A stretch of 64,000 nt of DNA from a virus (taxonomy: Duplodnaviria; Caudoviricetes): positions 25,162 to 89,161 of the IMG/VR virus record IMGVR_UViG_2528311002_000006. One strand, given 5' to 3'. The notes below the pieces were generated by a model. That model saw nothing but the letters and a program-made list of their open reading frames with translations. It was not told the DNA's origin and made no database searches. Made by a program: the position numbers and the translations under genes. Of the stretch, positions 24,743-33,738 are shown one piece after another; the first letter of the stretch is position 1; each line of letters opens with the position of its first letter.

Positions 24743-25626
24743 CCGCCCTCCCCACTGCCCAGCAGCCTCGCCTGCAATGCCAGCAGCTCAGAAGTAGCCA
24801 GGCCAGCCAGCGCCTCCTGCGCAGCATTGCGTTGCTTGTTGTGAGCCTCATACAAGCCAAGGTGCTTGAACAGCTTTTCAGCGATGCCCACCTTGTCATG
24901 CATCTGGATCTCGATACCGTTCTTGCCGTGTTTGGCACCGGCGTAGAGGCTTGCGGCTTCGGGCGAGAGCTTGCGGGTGTCGTGCAACACCACACGCGAG
25001 TAGCCATCACCACCACACTCTGGGCAAGTGGGATGGGGTGGCAACAGAGGGTTGAAGCCAATACCGCCCTCTTCGTCAAAGTCGAGCGGAACCTTGCCTG
25101 AGTCGATCCACTTTTCACGGGCGGCATTCATTTCCGCCACAGTGCGCTGGCGCTTGTGTCCCTCGCCATAGCAATGGCGGCAGCACCCCACACGGACTTC
25201 AACCAGCTCGCGGGCATCGGCCCGGAACATTTGCCACACCTCACGCAGAACAACGTCCGCAGTAATCTCCGTGCGTTGCTGACGCTCTTGTTTTCGTAGC
25301 TGAATTTCAGCAGCTATATTAGGTTTTATTAGGTTTTCACTACCAATTACAGCTGCTGTCTTCTCGCTGTATCCCGCCCGGATCGCAGCCTTGGTTGCGT
25401 TGAGATCAATCAGATACTCGTCAACAAACCGACTCTGTAAATCTGTCAGATCGCTTGCAGGCCTTGCGCTAGCAGCTATCGTTTTTGACAAGGGCTTAGC
25501 CCGTCCCTTGGTTGCGTTCTTGGCCTTAGACGCAGCAATGCCCACGGCCTTTTTAGGTGCAGTGGGCTTTTTGGGGGTCGCTGTCTTCTTCGGTGCAGGC
25601 CGTTTGCCTGCCGGTGATGTGGCCAT
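24739..25626 (-). CDS. Terminase small subunit
   Basis: LTDLQSRFVDEYLIDLNATKAAIRAGYS; CRHC/CPEC Zn motif. Confidence 0.9.
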   Translation of the reverse strand: MATSPAGKRPAPKKTATPKKPTAPKKAVGIAASKAKNATKGRAKPLSKTIAASARPASDLTDLQSRFVDEYLIDLNATKAAIRAGYSEKTAAVIGSENLIKPNIAAEIQLRKQERQQRTEITADVVLREVWQMFRADARELVEVRVGCCRHCYGEGHKRQRTVAEMNAAREKWIDSGKVPLDFDEEGGIGFNPLLPPHPTCPECGGDGYSRVVLHDTRKLSPEAASLYAGAKHGKNGIEIQMHDKVGIAEKLFKHLGLYEAHNKQRNAAQEALAGLATSELLALQARLLGSGEGG

Positions 25627-25676
25627 GCGCCCCAGTGTCTGGAGCCTGGCCGCAATCTCTAAACCCTATGCAGGGT
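25627..25676 (-). promoter_or_regulatory. Putative late promoter, copy 3
   Basis: ACCCTGCATAGGGTTTAGA-N18-GACACT-N7-ATG. Confidence 0.65.
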
Positions 25677-25908
25677 TCTCGACCTCGCGCTCAATTGTCA
25701 CATCGTCAAAGGCATAGCTCCAGGCTGTACGGCCAGTCACGGCCAGCTCCGCCATGTGACCGTCGAAACCATCAGTGTCGATATGGACTTGCTTGCGCGC
25801 CATGTCCATAGCTCCCTCCAAGTCGCGCACGCCTTCGTAGGTGACTTTTCGGAAAGGCGCGACTCTCAGACAGTTGTCTATCACTACCTTGTAGGTTGTG
25901 GTGCTCAT
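25666..25908 (-). CDS. Hypothetical protein
   Basis: AGGAGG RBS; last gene of accessory operon. Confidence 0.65.
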   Translation of the reverse strand: MSTTTYKVVIDNCLRVAPFRKVTYEGVRDLEGAMDMARKQVHIDTDGFDGHMAELAVTGRTAWSYAFDDVTIEREVENPA

Positions 25909-25920
25909 GGTTCAGCCCTC

Positions 25921-26319
25921 CTAATTCGCGGCGGCCCACTTGCGCACTTCGCTGTAAAGCTCAGTGTGGCCGCACGGATTCGTCCAAGCGTGCACGGCCA
26001 AGCGGCAGCTTCCGTCCCAGCTTGTCCCCTCTGTGGGCTCTCCGCGCGTGCCACCACAGTGGATGCAGCGCCATGGCAGGGTAAGTGTCACAGACTCAGT
26101 GCCGCCGTGTTCCTCGCGCGCAGGAATGGTCACGGTGCGCAGTTCTTGGGCCGCGATGGCTTCCAAGGCCGCAGCCTGCGCCTCAATCTTCTGACGCTCG
26201 GCCTCCGCGTTTTGCAGGTCTTCTTCGCTATAGAAGTTGTACTTGTCGCCCTTGATAGTTTCAATGCGCTCGGCTATGTGCTCGCGGGCGGCATTGATAA
26301 GTTCGTCAAACTTGGTCAA
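25921..26319 (-). CDS. Hypothetical Zn-binding protein
   Basis: AAGGAG RBS; CIHCG...NPCGH. Confidence 0.7.
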   Translation of the reverse strand: MTKFDELINAAREHIAERIETIKGDKYNFYSEEDLQNAEAERQKIEAQAAALEAIAAQELRTVTIPAREEHGGTESVTLTLPWRCIHCGGTRGEPTEGTSWDGSCRLAVHAWTNPCGHTELYSEVRKWAAAN

Positions 26320-26343
26320 AGCTATCTCCTTATCGTGCCGCGC

Positions 26344-26595
26344 TCAGGCGGCGTACTTGCGTTCGTAAAAGCGGCTCAACAGTCCCAGATCAACGGTATG
26401 CAAGGCAGTGTGGTGGGTTCCGACGCTCTGGCAGTACGCCACCACATCTGCGCGTTCGGCCAGCGTGTCCTTCGCGTTGCGCTCGTCTATCAAGCGCTCC
26501 ATAACCGCACGGCCACTGTCGTCCAACCATTTGAGGGCGACGCGGCCGTTGTCGCGGATCAGGCGGCGGGCCCTACGGTATTGGGTGCGGTTCAT
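26344..26595 (-). CDS. Hypothetical protein
   Basis: MNRTQYRRARRLIRDNG; operon spacing. Confidence 0.65.
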   Translation of the reverse strand: MNRTQYRRARRLIRDNGRVALKWLDDSGRAVMERLIDERNAKDTLAERADVVAYCQSVGTHHTALHTVDLGLLSRFYERKYAA

Positions 26596-26606
26596 GGTCG
26601 CGCCCC

Positions 26607-27092
26607 TTACAGCAGGTTGCCCAGCTCTTCGGCCAGCTTGTGCGCGCCCTGCAGCAGGTCGTGCATGGCCGGGCTGTCGGTGTGGTCGCAGATCACGTCC
26701 CAGCCGTGATTGCCGTAGACCAAATAAATGCTGCCCAACTTGCCTCCGAGTTCTCCGTCCTTGATAGCGTGGCGCACGATGATGGTTTCCTCGTCGCACT
26801 GGCCGATGTTGGCCATGATCTTGTCCAAGTCGCGGCTGCGCGACAGCTCTACGGTTTCGCTGTTGGTGATGCTGATGCAGTAACCGTTATCAGCTGCGGC
26901 CAGAATGTCACGGACGGCTTGGCGGATCACGGCTCGCTCGATCAGGATGCGCTGGCGGGACGATTCATCCTTAACCGATTGGAATTGCTCGAAATGGGCG
27001 CTGTCGTCGCGCTCGTCGTACTCAGCGCGGTGAGCTTGGTTTTTGATGCTCGCCAGCAGGCGGGCGGGGGGAATCACGGTGGCGTCTGTCAT
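26607..27092 (-). CDS. Hypothetical protein
   Basis: RBS; IYLVYGNHGWDVICDHT. Confidence 0.7.
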   Translation of the reverse strand: MTDATVIPPARLLASIKNQAHRAEYDERDDSAHFEQFQSVKDESSRQRILIERAVIRQAVRDILAAADNGYCISITNSETVELSRSRDLDKIMANIGQCDEETIIVRHAIKDGELGGKLGSIYLVYGNHGWDVICDHTDSPAMHDLLQGAHKLAEELGNLL

Positions 27093-27112
27093 GGCGGCTT
27101 GTCCTCTACGGA

Positions 27113-28093
27113 TTACTTGGCGGCGGTGATGGCGTCCAGCACGGCCTGGGCGGCTTGGTCATTGACCGCGCTCTCGTCCTTTGCAGACGCGGCCAGCATT
27201 TCGACGGCGTCGCACATGGCGTCGTTCTGCTTGTCCGTAAGCTCTGTGGCATAGCTGCGTTCCAGCGCGCAAAGCGCATCCCAATGGGCAATCTTTGCAA
27301 GCACTGCGGCGCGCACCAGTTCGGTTTGGGTCTTGACGGGAGAGGCGGTGACACAGTTCAGTCCGTAGGCAGCCGCGAAGTCTGCATAGCTGACGTACCG
27401 CTCGAAACCGTCCGGCCCGCGCCCCACGCATACAAGGCCATTCAGGGAAGCGGTCACGAAGATGGACGCGCCCTTCGCGCCCGTCATTGAGGTATTCAGC
27501 TCAGAGCCAACGCTGTTCAGCGCGCACATGGCGGTGTGCGCGGCTTTCGCTTGTGCTTGGGAAAGGATGTGGCCGGCGTGAGGCATGCCCTTCTCTACAA
27601 ACGCCAGGGTGACGAATTCGGGCGCGGTAATCGTGAGGGTGTTTTCGTCGGCACTCTCCACGCCATCCCAGCAGCCGCGCTCGTCATCCCAGGCGGAGTC
27701 GTCCGCCTCGCAGCCATCGACGGGCCTACCGGCTTCCAGCTCGTAGGTGGTGCGGCCATCGCCGAACCCGGCAAGGCTGCACAGTTCGCTGCCGACAATG
27801 GCCAGGAACTGGCCTTGATCCTTGAGCGCTGTGCCGAATGGCTTGTCCGCCAGCAACGCGCGGGCAGCTGCCATCCAGCCCTTGAATGTCTTGAGGTCGT
27901 GGCCCGCGATTGCGGCTTGCACCTGCTCAGACGTCATGGTGATGGGCTGGGGTCGAAACTCAGCGCAGCGGACGATGTATCCATCCTGATCGGGCGAGCC
28001 CGGAAAGTCATGCTCGCACGAAGAGCTTGCGCCCGGCTTGTAGGTGCATTTGGTGCAACCGCTGCACAGATCATCATCAGAAATAGAAGGCAT
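27113..28093 (-). CDS. Hypothetical multi-module protein
   Basis: 326 aa, Cys-rich N-terminus. Confidence 0.7.
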   Translation of the reverse strand: MPSISDDDLCSGCTKCTYKPGASSSCEHDFPGSPDQDGYIVRCAEFRPQPITMTSEQVQAAIAGHDLKTFKGWMAAARALLADKPFGTALKDQGQFLAIVGSELCSLAGFGDGRTTYELEAGRPVDGCEADDSAWDDERGCWDGVESADENTLTITAPEFVTLAFVEKGMPHAGHILSQAQAKAAHTAMCALNSVGSELNTSMTGAKGASIFVTASLNGLVCVGRGPDGFERYVSYADFAAAYGLNCVTASPVKTQTELVRAAVLAKIAHWDALCALERSYATELTDKQNDAMCDAVEMLAASAKDESAVNDQAAQAVLDAITAAK

Positions 28094-28102
28094 TTGGGTC
28101 TT

Positions 28103-28330
28103 TCAGGCTTGGTTGATACGGCAGAACTGGCGCACCTTGGAGAGCTTGTTGAGATCGCCACGGCAGCAGCTGGGTGTGCCGGACATGAAGAAGGTTTGAC
28201 GCTTGCCATTCGGTGCCAGCACATCGAAGCTCAGGTGCTGGCCTTGGGTCTTGCCGTTGAATTCGATTTGCTGCGCCCCGGATTTCTCCAGCAGCGCCAG
28301 CATTTCCTTGACGCGCTTGCTCACATCCAC
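28103..28330 (-). CDS. Hypothetical protein
   Basis: First gene of accessory operon. Confidence 0.6.
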   Translation of the reverse strand: MDVSKRVKEMLALLEKSGAQQIEFNGKTQGQHLSFDVLAPNGKRQTFFMSGTPSCCRGDLNKLSKVRQFCRINQA

Positions 28331-28468
28331 CCCCTCTCGGCCATGTTCATGGTGCTCTCTCTTTGCGTGGTTCGATGTGATTTATTGTGATTCATTAAAT
28401 ACCGGTAAGCAAGTATTTTTGAATCACATTTAATATATTTTTCGCATCACATCAAAACCGCTAGAATC

Positions 28469-28669
28469 GTGCGCATGGAAAACATACCGAAGCGGTCGCG
28501 GGGTCGGCCTCCAGTCCCGGACGCAGACAGGCTTGAACAGCGCTCCATCCGGCTGTCTCAAAAAGCCTGGGCAAAGATTGATGAAGGGGGCATGCCATGG
28601 CTGCGGGGAGTCATCGACAAGGCGAAACTGCCCCCCAAGCCGACCTCTGATGAATTGGATCTGAGCTGA
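28469..28669 (+). CDS. Small DNA-binding regulator (RGRP plus RHH-like)
   Basis: KRSRGRPP...RSIRLSQKAWAKI; divergent from the accessory operon. Confidence 0.65.
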   Translation: MRMENIPKRSRGRPPVPDADRLEQRSIRLSQKAWAKIDEGGMPWLRGVIDKAKLPPKPTSDELDLS

Positions 28670-29236
28670 TCAGTCCAGCGCCAGCTCCACTTGGCGCTCG
28701 TCTACCTTGAGTCCCGAGGCCCGTGCTGCCGCAGTCACCCGCTCGATGGTCGCTGCTGCCTGAGCCAGTTTGGCCGCCACCTCCAGCGTGGGGCTCTCCA
28801 ATTGCCGACGCTCGATTTGCTCGACCTTCATCAGCATGGTCGCCGCCATTTCGGTCATCGCCTGCCCCGCTTGAATCTGGGCCACCTGGGTGGCAGCGCC
28901 AGCCTGGAGCAACGCCAGGGCGCGGTCTTCAGCAGGCGTCAACGTCAACACATCGTCGCCAATTTCGATCTTGACGCACCCGTTCGGGAGCAACGTCTTG
29001 CTGATCGCTCGGGCCGGTGGGTGCGATTCGACGGGCACGTACTGCCCCTTGAGCACCCGTTTGATGCGCTCGCGCTCAACCAGGGCCTTGATCCTGTCGT
29101 CCACCCGGCCAAGTGGAAGGTCGGTCAGCGCCTGTACCGAATAGCGTGTAGCAGGCTGCTGCGCGTTGTGCAGCTCGACGATTGCCTCATACACGCGATC
29201 CGTGCTGGTCGCTGCCGCTTTCTCAGATGAATTCAT
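28670..29236 (-). CDS. Winged-helix protein (candidate late regulator)
   Basis: VYEAIVEL...VDDRIKALVERERIKRV.KGQY. Confidence 0.6.
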   Translation of the reverse strand: MNSSEKAAATSTDRVYEAIVELHNAQQPATRYSVQALTDLPLGRVDDRIKALVERERIKRVLKGQYVPVESHPPARAISKTLLPNGCVKIEIGDDVLTLTPAEDRALALLQAGAATQVAQIQAGQAMTEMAATMLMKVEQIERRQLESPTLEVAAKLAQAAATIERVTAAARASGLKVDERQVELALD

Positions 29237-29288
29237 GCTCTCTCCGGTTGGTACGATTGACTTGTCTCCGGTCAATCGACCTTCCAGA

Positions 29289-29317
29289 GGGGCCCGCTTC
29301 GTGCGGGCCTTTTTTTA
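29289..29317. terminator. Terminator-like hairpin
   Basis: GGCCCGC-TTCGT-GCGGGCC followed by T-tract on the + strand. Confidence 0.6.
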
Positions 29318-29375
29318 TTCTTCCGGTGGCATCGCCCATATAAAACAATGCCTTGCAAGGGTGACGGACGGCAAG

Positions 29376-29912
29376 TCATCCATCCAGCACCAGCTCTTCC
29401 TCCCCCGGCAGATAGGGCAACTTCGAGGGCCAGCGCCCTTCCCTACGGAGTTGCTGGCGCGTCTGTGCGCTCCACAACTTGCCTTGTTCGACATGCGCGG
29501 CACGGCCACCAGGCAACAGCCGGTATTGGTCGAATGGCACATGACAGCCCTCGACGCCCGGTCGCGTGCAGCACAGCGCCATGGCGCGTCGATCATCGAG
29601 CTTCAAGCCCTTGCCCTTTTTTTCGTTCTCGTGGGCGTGCTGGCTGTAGCCCTCAATCCCGCAATACGCGCAAGGCAGCGTCGCCACAAGGCGGCGGTAT
29701 GGCTCGTATTCAATAGCATCGTCCTTGGGAACCGCCACCACCTCAGTGCTGATCTCAAGAGGCGCCGTCTTACGCACCTTCACCAGCATCAGGGAAGCCA
29801 GGCGCTGCTGGCGAGCTTCATGCCGGGCCTCAATGTCTTCGTCACTGACCAGCGCCAGCCCAGTCCGCTCGAATCCTTTGGTGCGCTTCAAAGGTTTGCG
29901 GGTGCTCAACAT
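29376..29912 (-). CDS. Zn-binding HNH-like nin-region nuclease
   Basis: LPCAYCG..QHAH..MALC..GCH. Confidence 0.7.
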   Translation of the reverse strand: MLSTRKPLKRTKGFERTGLALVSDEDIEARHEARQQRLASLMLVKVRKTAPLEISTEVVAVPKDDAIEYEPYRRLVATLPCAYCGIEGYSQHAHENEKKGKGLKLDDRRAMALCCTRPGVEGCHVPFDQYRLLPGGRAAHVEQGKLWSAQTRQQLRREGRWPSKLPYLPGEEELVLDG

Positions 29913-29928
29913 TTCCAGCCCTGCCTGC

Positions 29929-30627
29929 TCATGCGCCACCCCACGGCTTCAGGGTTGCCAGATCCAGCAGCGTGAAGTGCCCCCGGTGCCAGCCCATGGT
30001 GTCGATGTAGATGGTGTTGCCCAGCACCTCGACCGCTTCCACTGGCGTGTGCCCGACCACCACGGCACGCACACCGCTCACGGGAGTCTCTTCGTGGTGC
30101 TCGATGCGCTCGCGCGACCAGATCGCGTGATCGATGGCCTCCGGGGACTGAAATTGCAGCTTTTGCGTGAAGCCGGCCCAGTCACCGCCGAGGGTATCGG
30201 CGTGCACAATGCCGACCAAGCCGCCGACAGTCTCCACCTCCATGGCCAGCGGCAAGAAGGCGAGAGCTGAGGCAATCTCCTGTTGCAGGCTGACCGGGTT
30301 GCCCAGGTTCCAGGCCCCGCCATTGCCGAGATAGTCGCCCCTGGTCATGGGCCATTGGCCTTTCTCGCTCTCAGGCTTGACCCAGCTGATGGCCATGTCC
30401 TCATGGTTGCCGCGCACCGGGAAAAACCATGGCCGCGAGATCCAGTCAAGCACCTGATCGCTATCGGGGCCTCGGTCAACCATGTCCCCCACGGAGAACA
30501 GGCGGTCTTTCGCTGGGTCGAAGCCCATTTCATCCAGCAGGCTCTGCAGGCGGTTGAAGCATCCATGGATGTCGCCCACGGCCAGATCCCGGCCCTGCTC
30601 GTTCTTGGGAAAGCGTGTCACCGTCAT
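29929..30627 (-). CDS. NinI-like Ser/Thr phosphatase (metallophosphoesterase)
   Basis: GDIHG, GDMVDRG, GNHE, GHTP. Confidence 0.92.
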   Translation of the reverse strand: MTVTRFPKNEQGRDLAVGDIHGCFNRLQSLLDEMGFDPAKDRLFSVGDMVDRGPDSDQVLDWISRPWFFPVRGNHEDMAISWVKPESEKGQWPMTRGDYLGNGGAWNLGNPVSLQQEIASALAFLPLAMEVETVGGLVGIVHADTLGGDWAGFTQKLQFQSPEAIDHAIWSRERIEHHEETPVSGVRAVVVGHTPVEAVEVLGNTIYIDTMGWHRGHFTLLDLATLKPWGGA

Positions 30628-30866
30628 GCGCGGCTCCTTTTCACAATGGCGCGGCGTTCGCGCTCGTCACTGGCCCTGGCGAAATAGCGCGGCTGGGAGC
30701 GGCACCAGTCGGGCCCGTTGACCTGCAGCCAAGCCAAGAAAGTCATGAACTCGTCGGCCGAGTCCCGGAAGATGTAGAAGCGCCCTGTCATGTCCAGCAC
30801 CAGCGTGCGCAGCAACTCGGGCAACCAGAACAACAGGAGCACCCAGGCTTTGATGAAGTCCGTCAC
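30624..30866 (-). CDS. Hypothetical protein
   Basis: Overlapping start/stop with both neighbours. Confidence 0.55.
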   Translation of the reverse strand: MTDFIKAWVLLLFWLPELLRTLVLDMTGRFYIFRDSADEFMTFLAWLQVNGPDWCRSQPRYFARASDERERRAIVKRSRA

Positions 30867-31381
30867 TCGTCAAACCCTCCCAAGATCCCTTCAACCATGT
30901 CGATTCGCTGGGTCAGGCCCAGGTGCGGCCAAAGGGTGGTGCCGGCGTAGTCGGTGCGCATGAAATCCACGAAGTGCCCGTGAAAGCGCTCCATCTCGCC
31001 CTGCTCCATGCTGGTATAGCTGGTGGACTTTGGCAGCGGCACCAGCCCATTGATGGTGGGAACCCAGTCCACATGGCCCGCGCCCAGCTTGAGCCAGTCG
31101 CGAAAGCGGTCAAACTGAGGGAACTTGTCCTGGGTGTTGAAGAATGCGTGCTCCAAAGCCATGTGCTTGCGGTGGTACCAGCTCAGCCGGGCCTGCTTGG
31201 TGTTGATCTCCACGATGCCGCCGGGCTCCAGCGCCAGCAGACGCCGCAAGAACCGCCGCCAGCTTCTGCGGTTGTCCTCGCCCAAGCCGTCGATGTGCCC
31301 CAGCAGCACGCGCATGGCGGCATCACGGTCAGCCGGGGTGGCTTGAACGCTGGGGTTGCGGACGATCTGGATTGCAGCCAT
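30863..31381 (-). CDS. DUF1367-like nin-region protein
   Basis: FRDWLKLGAGHVD...PKSTSYTSMEQGEM. Confidence 0.7.
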   Translation of the reverse strand: MAAIQIVRNPSVQATPADRDAAMRVLLGHIDGLGEDNRRSWRRFLRRLLALEPGGIVEINTKQARLSWYHRKHMALEHAFFNTQDKFPQFDRFRDWLKLGAGHVDWVPTINGLVPLPKSTSYTSMEQGEMERFHGHFVDFMRTDYAGTTLWPHLGLTQRIDMVEGILGGFDE

Positions 31382-31386
31382 GGTGC

Positions 31387-31908
31387 TCAGATGCCCTTCA
31401 ACAGCTCTCGCAGCTGTTTGAACTTGGCCAGATCTTCCTCGTGCTTCTGCTCGCGCTCACCTATTGCCAGCGCCAGCTCGTCCAGCGCGTCCGCCTCCTG
31501 GCGCAGGCGGGCGGCCTTCTTGGCAAGTACAGCCATAAAGTCCACCTTGGCAGGTGATTCGGCGCAATCTGCTGGCGCTGGCGCGGGTGCTGCTGTCAAT
31601 GTCATGATTTCTCTTTCGGGTTTCGCCTGCATAGTTGTTGTGCTTGGAAATGGCGCTTTGGCTGTACGGGGGCGCTCCACGGCAACCCGGATGTATTCCC
31701 CGGTGGCGTTGAGCTTGATCAGCCCTCCATCGCGCAGACTGCGCAGACACCCCGCCAGTTGCTTGATCTCCATCGGCTTGCCGAGACGGTGCAGCTCCCC
31801 CTGGATCGCCTTTGCGTTCCATGGCTCCTGCATGGGGACAGCCTCAAGAACCTTGCGCTCCATCCCGTTCAGGCCGCGCTCTACGGCAGCTAGTCGCTGG
31901 GCACTCAT
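31387..31908 (-). CDS. Winged-helix hypothetical protein
   Basis: KVLEAVP...CLRSLRDGGLIK. Confidence 0.65.
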   Translation of the reverse strand: MSAQRLAAVERGLNGMERKVLEAVPMQEPWNAKAIQGELHRLGKPMEIKQLAGCLRSLRDGGLIKLNATGEYIRVAVERPRTAKAPFPSTTTMQAKPEREIMTLTAAPAPAPADCAESPAKVDFMAVLAKKAARLRQEADALDELALAIGEREQKHEEDLAKFKQLRELLKGI

Positions 31909-32339
31909 GCCTTGCTCGCCTTGTTTCGGTAGGGCCAAGCCACCATGGCCGCATCACGGGCGTGCTGGCTGCTGCGTGTCTTCCAGCCGGTAATCTGGGC
32001 AAAGTCCGCCGCATTGACCTTTGAGCCCTTGGCAAGGGGGGCAACGCCATAGGCCTCAAAGCCCATGCGCTTGCACATGGCCTCGATGTCCTTGCACAGT
32101 CGGTCGATCTCTCCCACATTGCGGGCGATCTTCAAAGCCGCCGCTGCGCTGACGCCCTTGGCTGCGGTAAAGGTCTTGCTGGTCTTGCGCGAGTCCTCGA
32201 AGATGACCAGATGGGGCGGGTTCTGCGCCAGCCACGGCTCCAGCTCATCCGCGCTCACCGTATGCATGCAGATCAGCTTGCCCTTGTCATAGACCGCAAG
32301 CCCGGTGGCCTGGCCTGGGTCGATGCCCACTACGCTCAT
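31905..32339 (-). CDS. RuvC-like Holliday junction resolvase
   Basis: VGIDPG, VIFE, HARDAA. Confidence 0.75.
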   Translation of the reverse strand: MSVVGIDPGQATGLAVYDKGKLICMHTVSADELEPWLAQNPPHLVIFEDSRKTSKTFTAAKGVSAAAALKIARNVGEIDRLCKDIEAMCKRMGFEAYGVAPLAKGSKVNAADFAQITGWKTRSSQHARDAAMVAWPYRNKASKA

Positions 32340-32348
32340 ATGTCTCTC

Positions 32349-33065
32349 CTACGCCGTCAGGCTCTGATAGGGGTTGGAAAAGTCGCGCCAGGCCTGCCCG
32401 TTCACCATCCGCTCCATGGTTTCCACGGACACGCCCAAGCTCTTGGCCGCCGCCACGCGGGTCAGCTCGCCCCGAATGCAACGCGCACGCAGCGCTTGCA
32501 CTTCGCTCATGGAGTACGGCGCCTTGGCTTGCTGGGCCCTGGCCAGCTTGGCTCGGGTGGATGGCAGCCTTGCCCTGCCGATCAGCTGCTTATTGCGAGG
32601 CTCTTTGACCAAGTGCTGCGGGTGGATGCAGTCGGCCTCGCCGCAAGACGGGCGCACAGACTCGGCCTGGGCGAGCTTCTTGCCCGTGTGCGCCTCGTAG
32701 ATCACCCGGCGCAGCACAAACTCCTTGCCGTCAAGGTGGACGACTGGCCCTTGGCGCGCCTTGAAGAACTTGCCTGACCAGGGCATGCAAGCACCCTCGC
32801 TGCAGCCGCAAGTCGTTGATTCCAGTGCAAACCGGGCCACAAAGGCAGCATCGCGTGCACGGCTCACAGGGGCGAAGTGCAAACGGCCGTCGAATCTGAA
32901 CCGGCGAAGCACTCCACGCACAGCCAAGTCCTGCAACTCCCGTGCAAATTGCCTACTGTTATTTCCAGTCATGCCCACCGTCAGCGCTGCCAACGAAGTG
33001 ATTTCGGTTAACCGGCTCGCACAGTCGATTGCTGCCTGCGCAACGATTTCTACAGAATCAGTCAT
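32349..33065 (-). CDS. Degenerate HNH plus HTH protein
   Basis: CMPWSG..RRVIY..CGEADCIHPQHL; C-terminal HTH. Confidence 0.6.
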   Translation of the reverse strand: MTDSVEIVAQAAIDCASRLTEITSLAALTVGMTGNNSRQFARELQDLAVRGVLRRFRFDGRLHFAPVSRARDAAFVARFALESTTCGCSEGACMPWSGKFFKARQGPVVHLDGKEFVLRRVIYEAHTGKKLAQAESVRPSCGEADCIHPQHLVKEPRNKQLIGRARLPSTRAKLARAQQAKAPYSMSEVQALRARCIRGELTRVAAAKSLGVSVETMERMVNGQAWRDFSNPYQSLTA

Positions 33066-33738
33066 CACAAGCCTCCGGCGCACTTGGCTTGGCAAGCTGC
33101 TTAACTGGACTTCCCCCGTTCGAGAGCGCCTGCATCACGGTGTAGCCAATGCCTGCCGCACTGCTTGCACCTCCCAGCCTGTAAACCTCCTGCGCGCGGC
33201 GGGCATCACCGACCAGCACCGGCAATGGCGCTGACAAGCCCTTGCGTTCAAACTCTACGTCTGCGCAGCGCTCACCCCCAAGACGAGCCGGGAACTGGTA
33301 ATGCTCCTGAGCTGAATAGCTGCGGTAGGCTTCGCTGAATCGGTGCTGCAAGTAGCTCAGCTCATCGAGCGGCCAACGGCAGACCTTGGGCCAGCCACCC
33401 ATGTCTTCCACGACCGCATGAATCGCCGGATCGTCAAAAACCACATCCGTGTAGGCGCCAACATCGCTCATGGCCGTGTGCACCTTCGACCATGCCATGG
33501 CCGCCCGGTCGGTATGCGTCCCCTCCAGCAGGCGCACTATGTCGGCCACCTTTGGCGCGAACTGGCCGCGCTGGGCATCCATGGCATGCTTTTGGAGCGC
33601 CTTCTCGACCTGCTCGTAGTCGAAGCGACTGCAACCAGCCCACCAGACGTTGAGCACGAATGGCGTGCAGTCCTTGCCGTAGTACGCCAAGGCATCAGTC
33701 ACCAGCGAACGGAAATTTGTCAGGTCTTCAAGACGCAT
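33058..33738 (-). CDS. Replication-associated protein (DUF6475-like)
   Basis: FAPKVADI...VVFDDPAIHAVVEDMGGW; follows the initiator gene. Confidence 0.7.
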   Translation of the reverse strand: MRLEDLTNFRSLVTDALAYYGKDCTPFVLNVWWAGCSRFDYEQVEKALQKHAMDAQRGQFAPKVADIVRLLEGTHTDRAAMAWSKVHTAMSDVGAYTDVVFDDPAIHAVVEDMGGWPKVCRWPLDELSYLQHRFSEAYRSYSAQEHYQFPARLGGERCADVEFERKGLSAPLPVLVGDARRAQEVYRLGGASSAAGIGYTVMQALSNGGSPVKQLAKPSAPEACDD

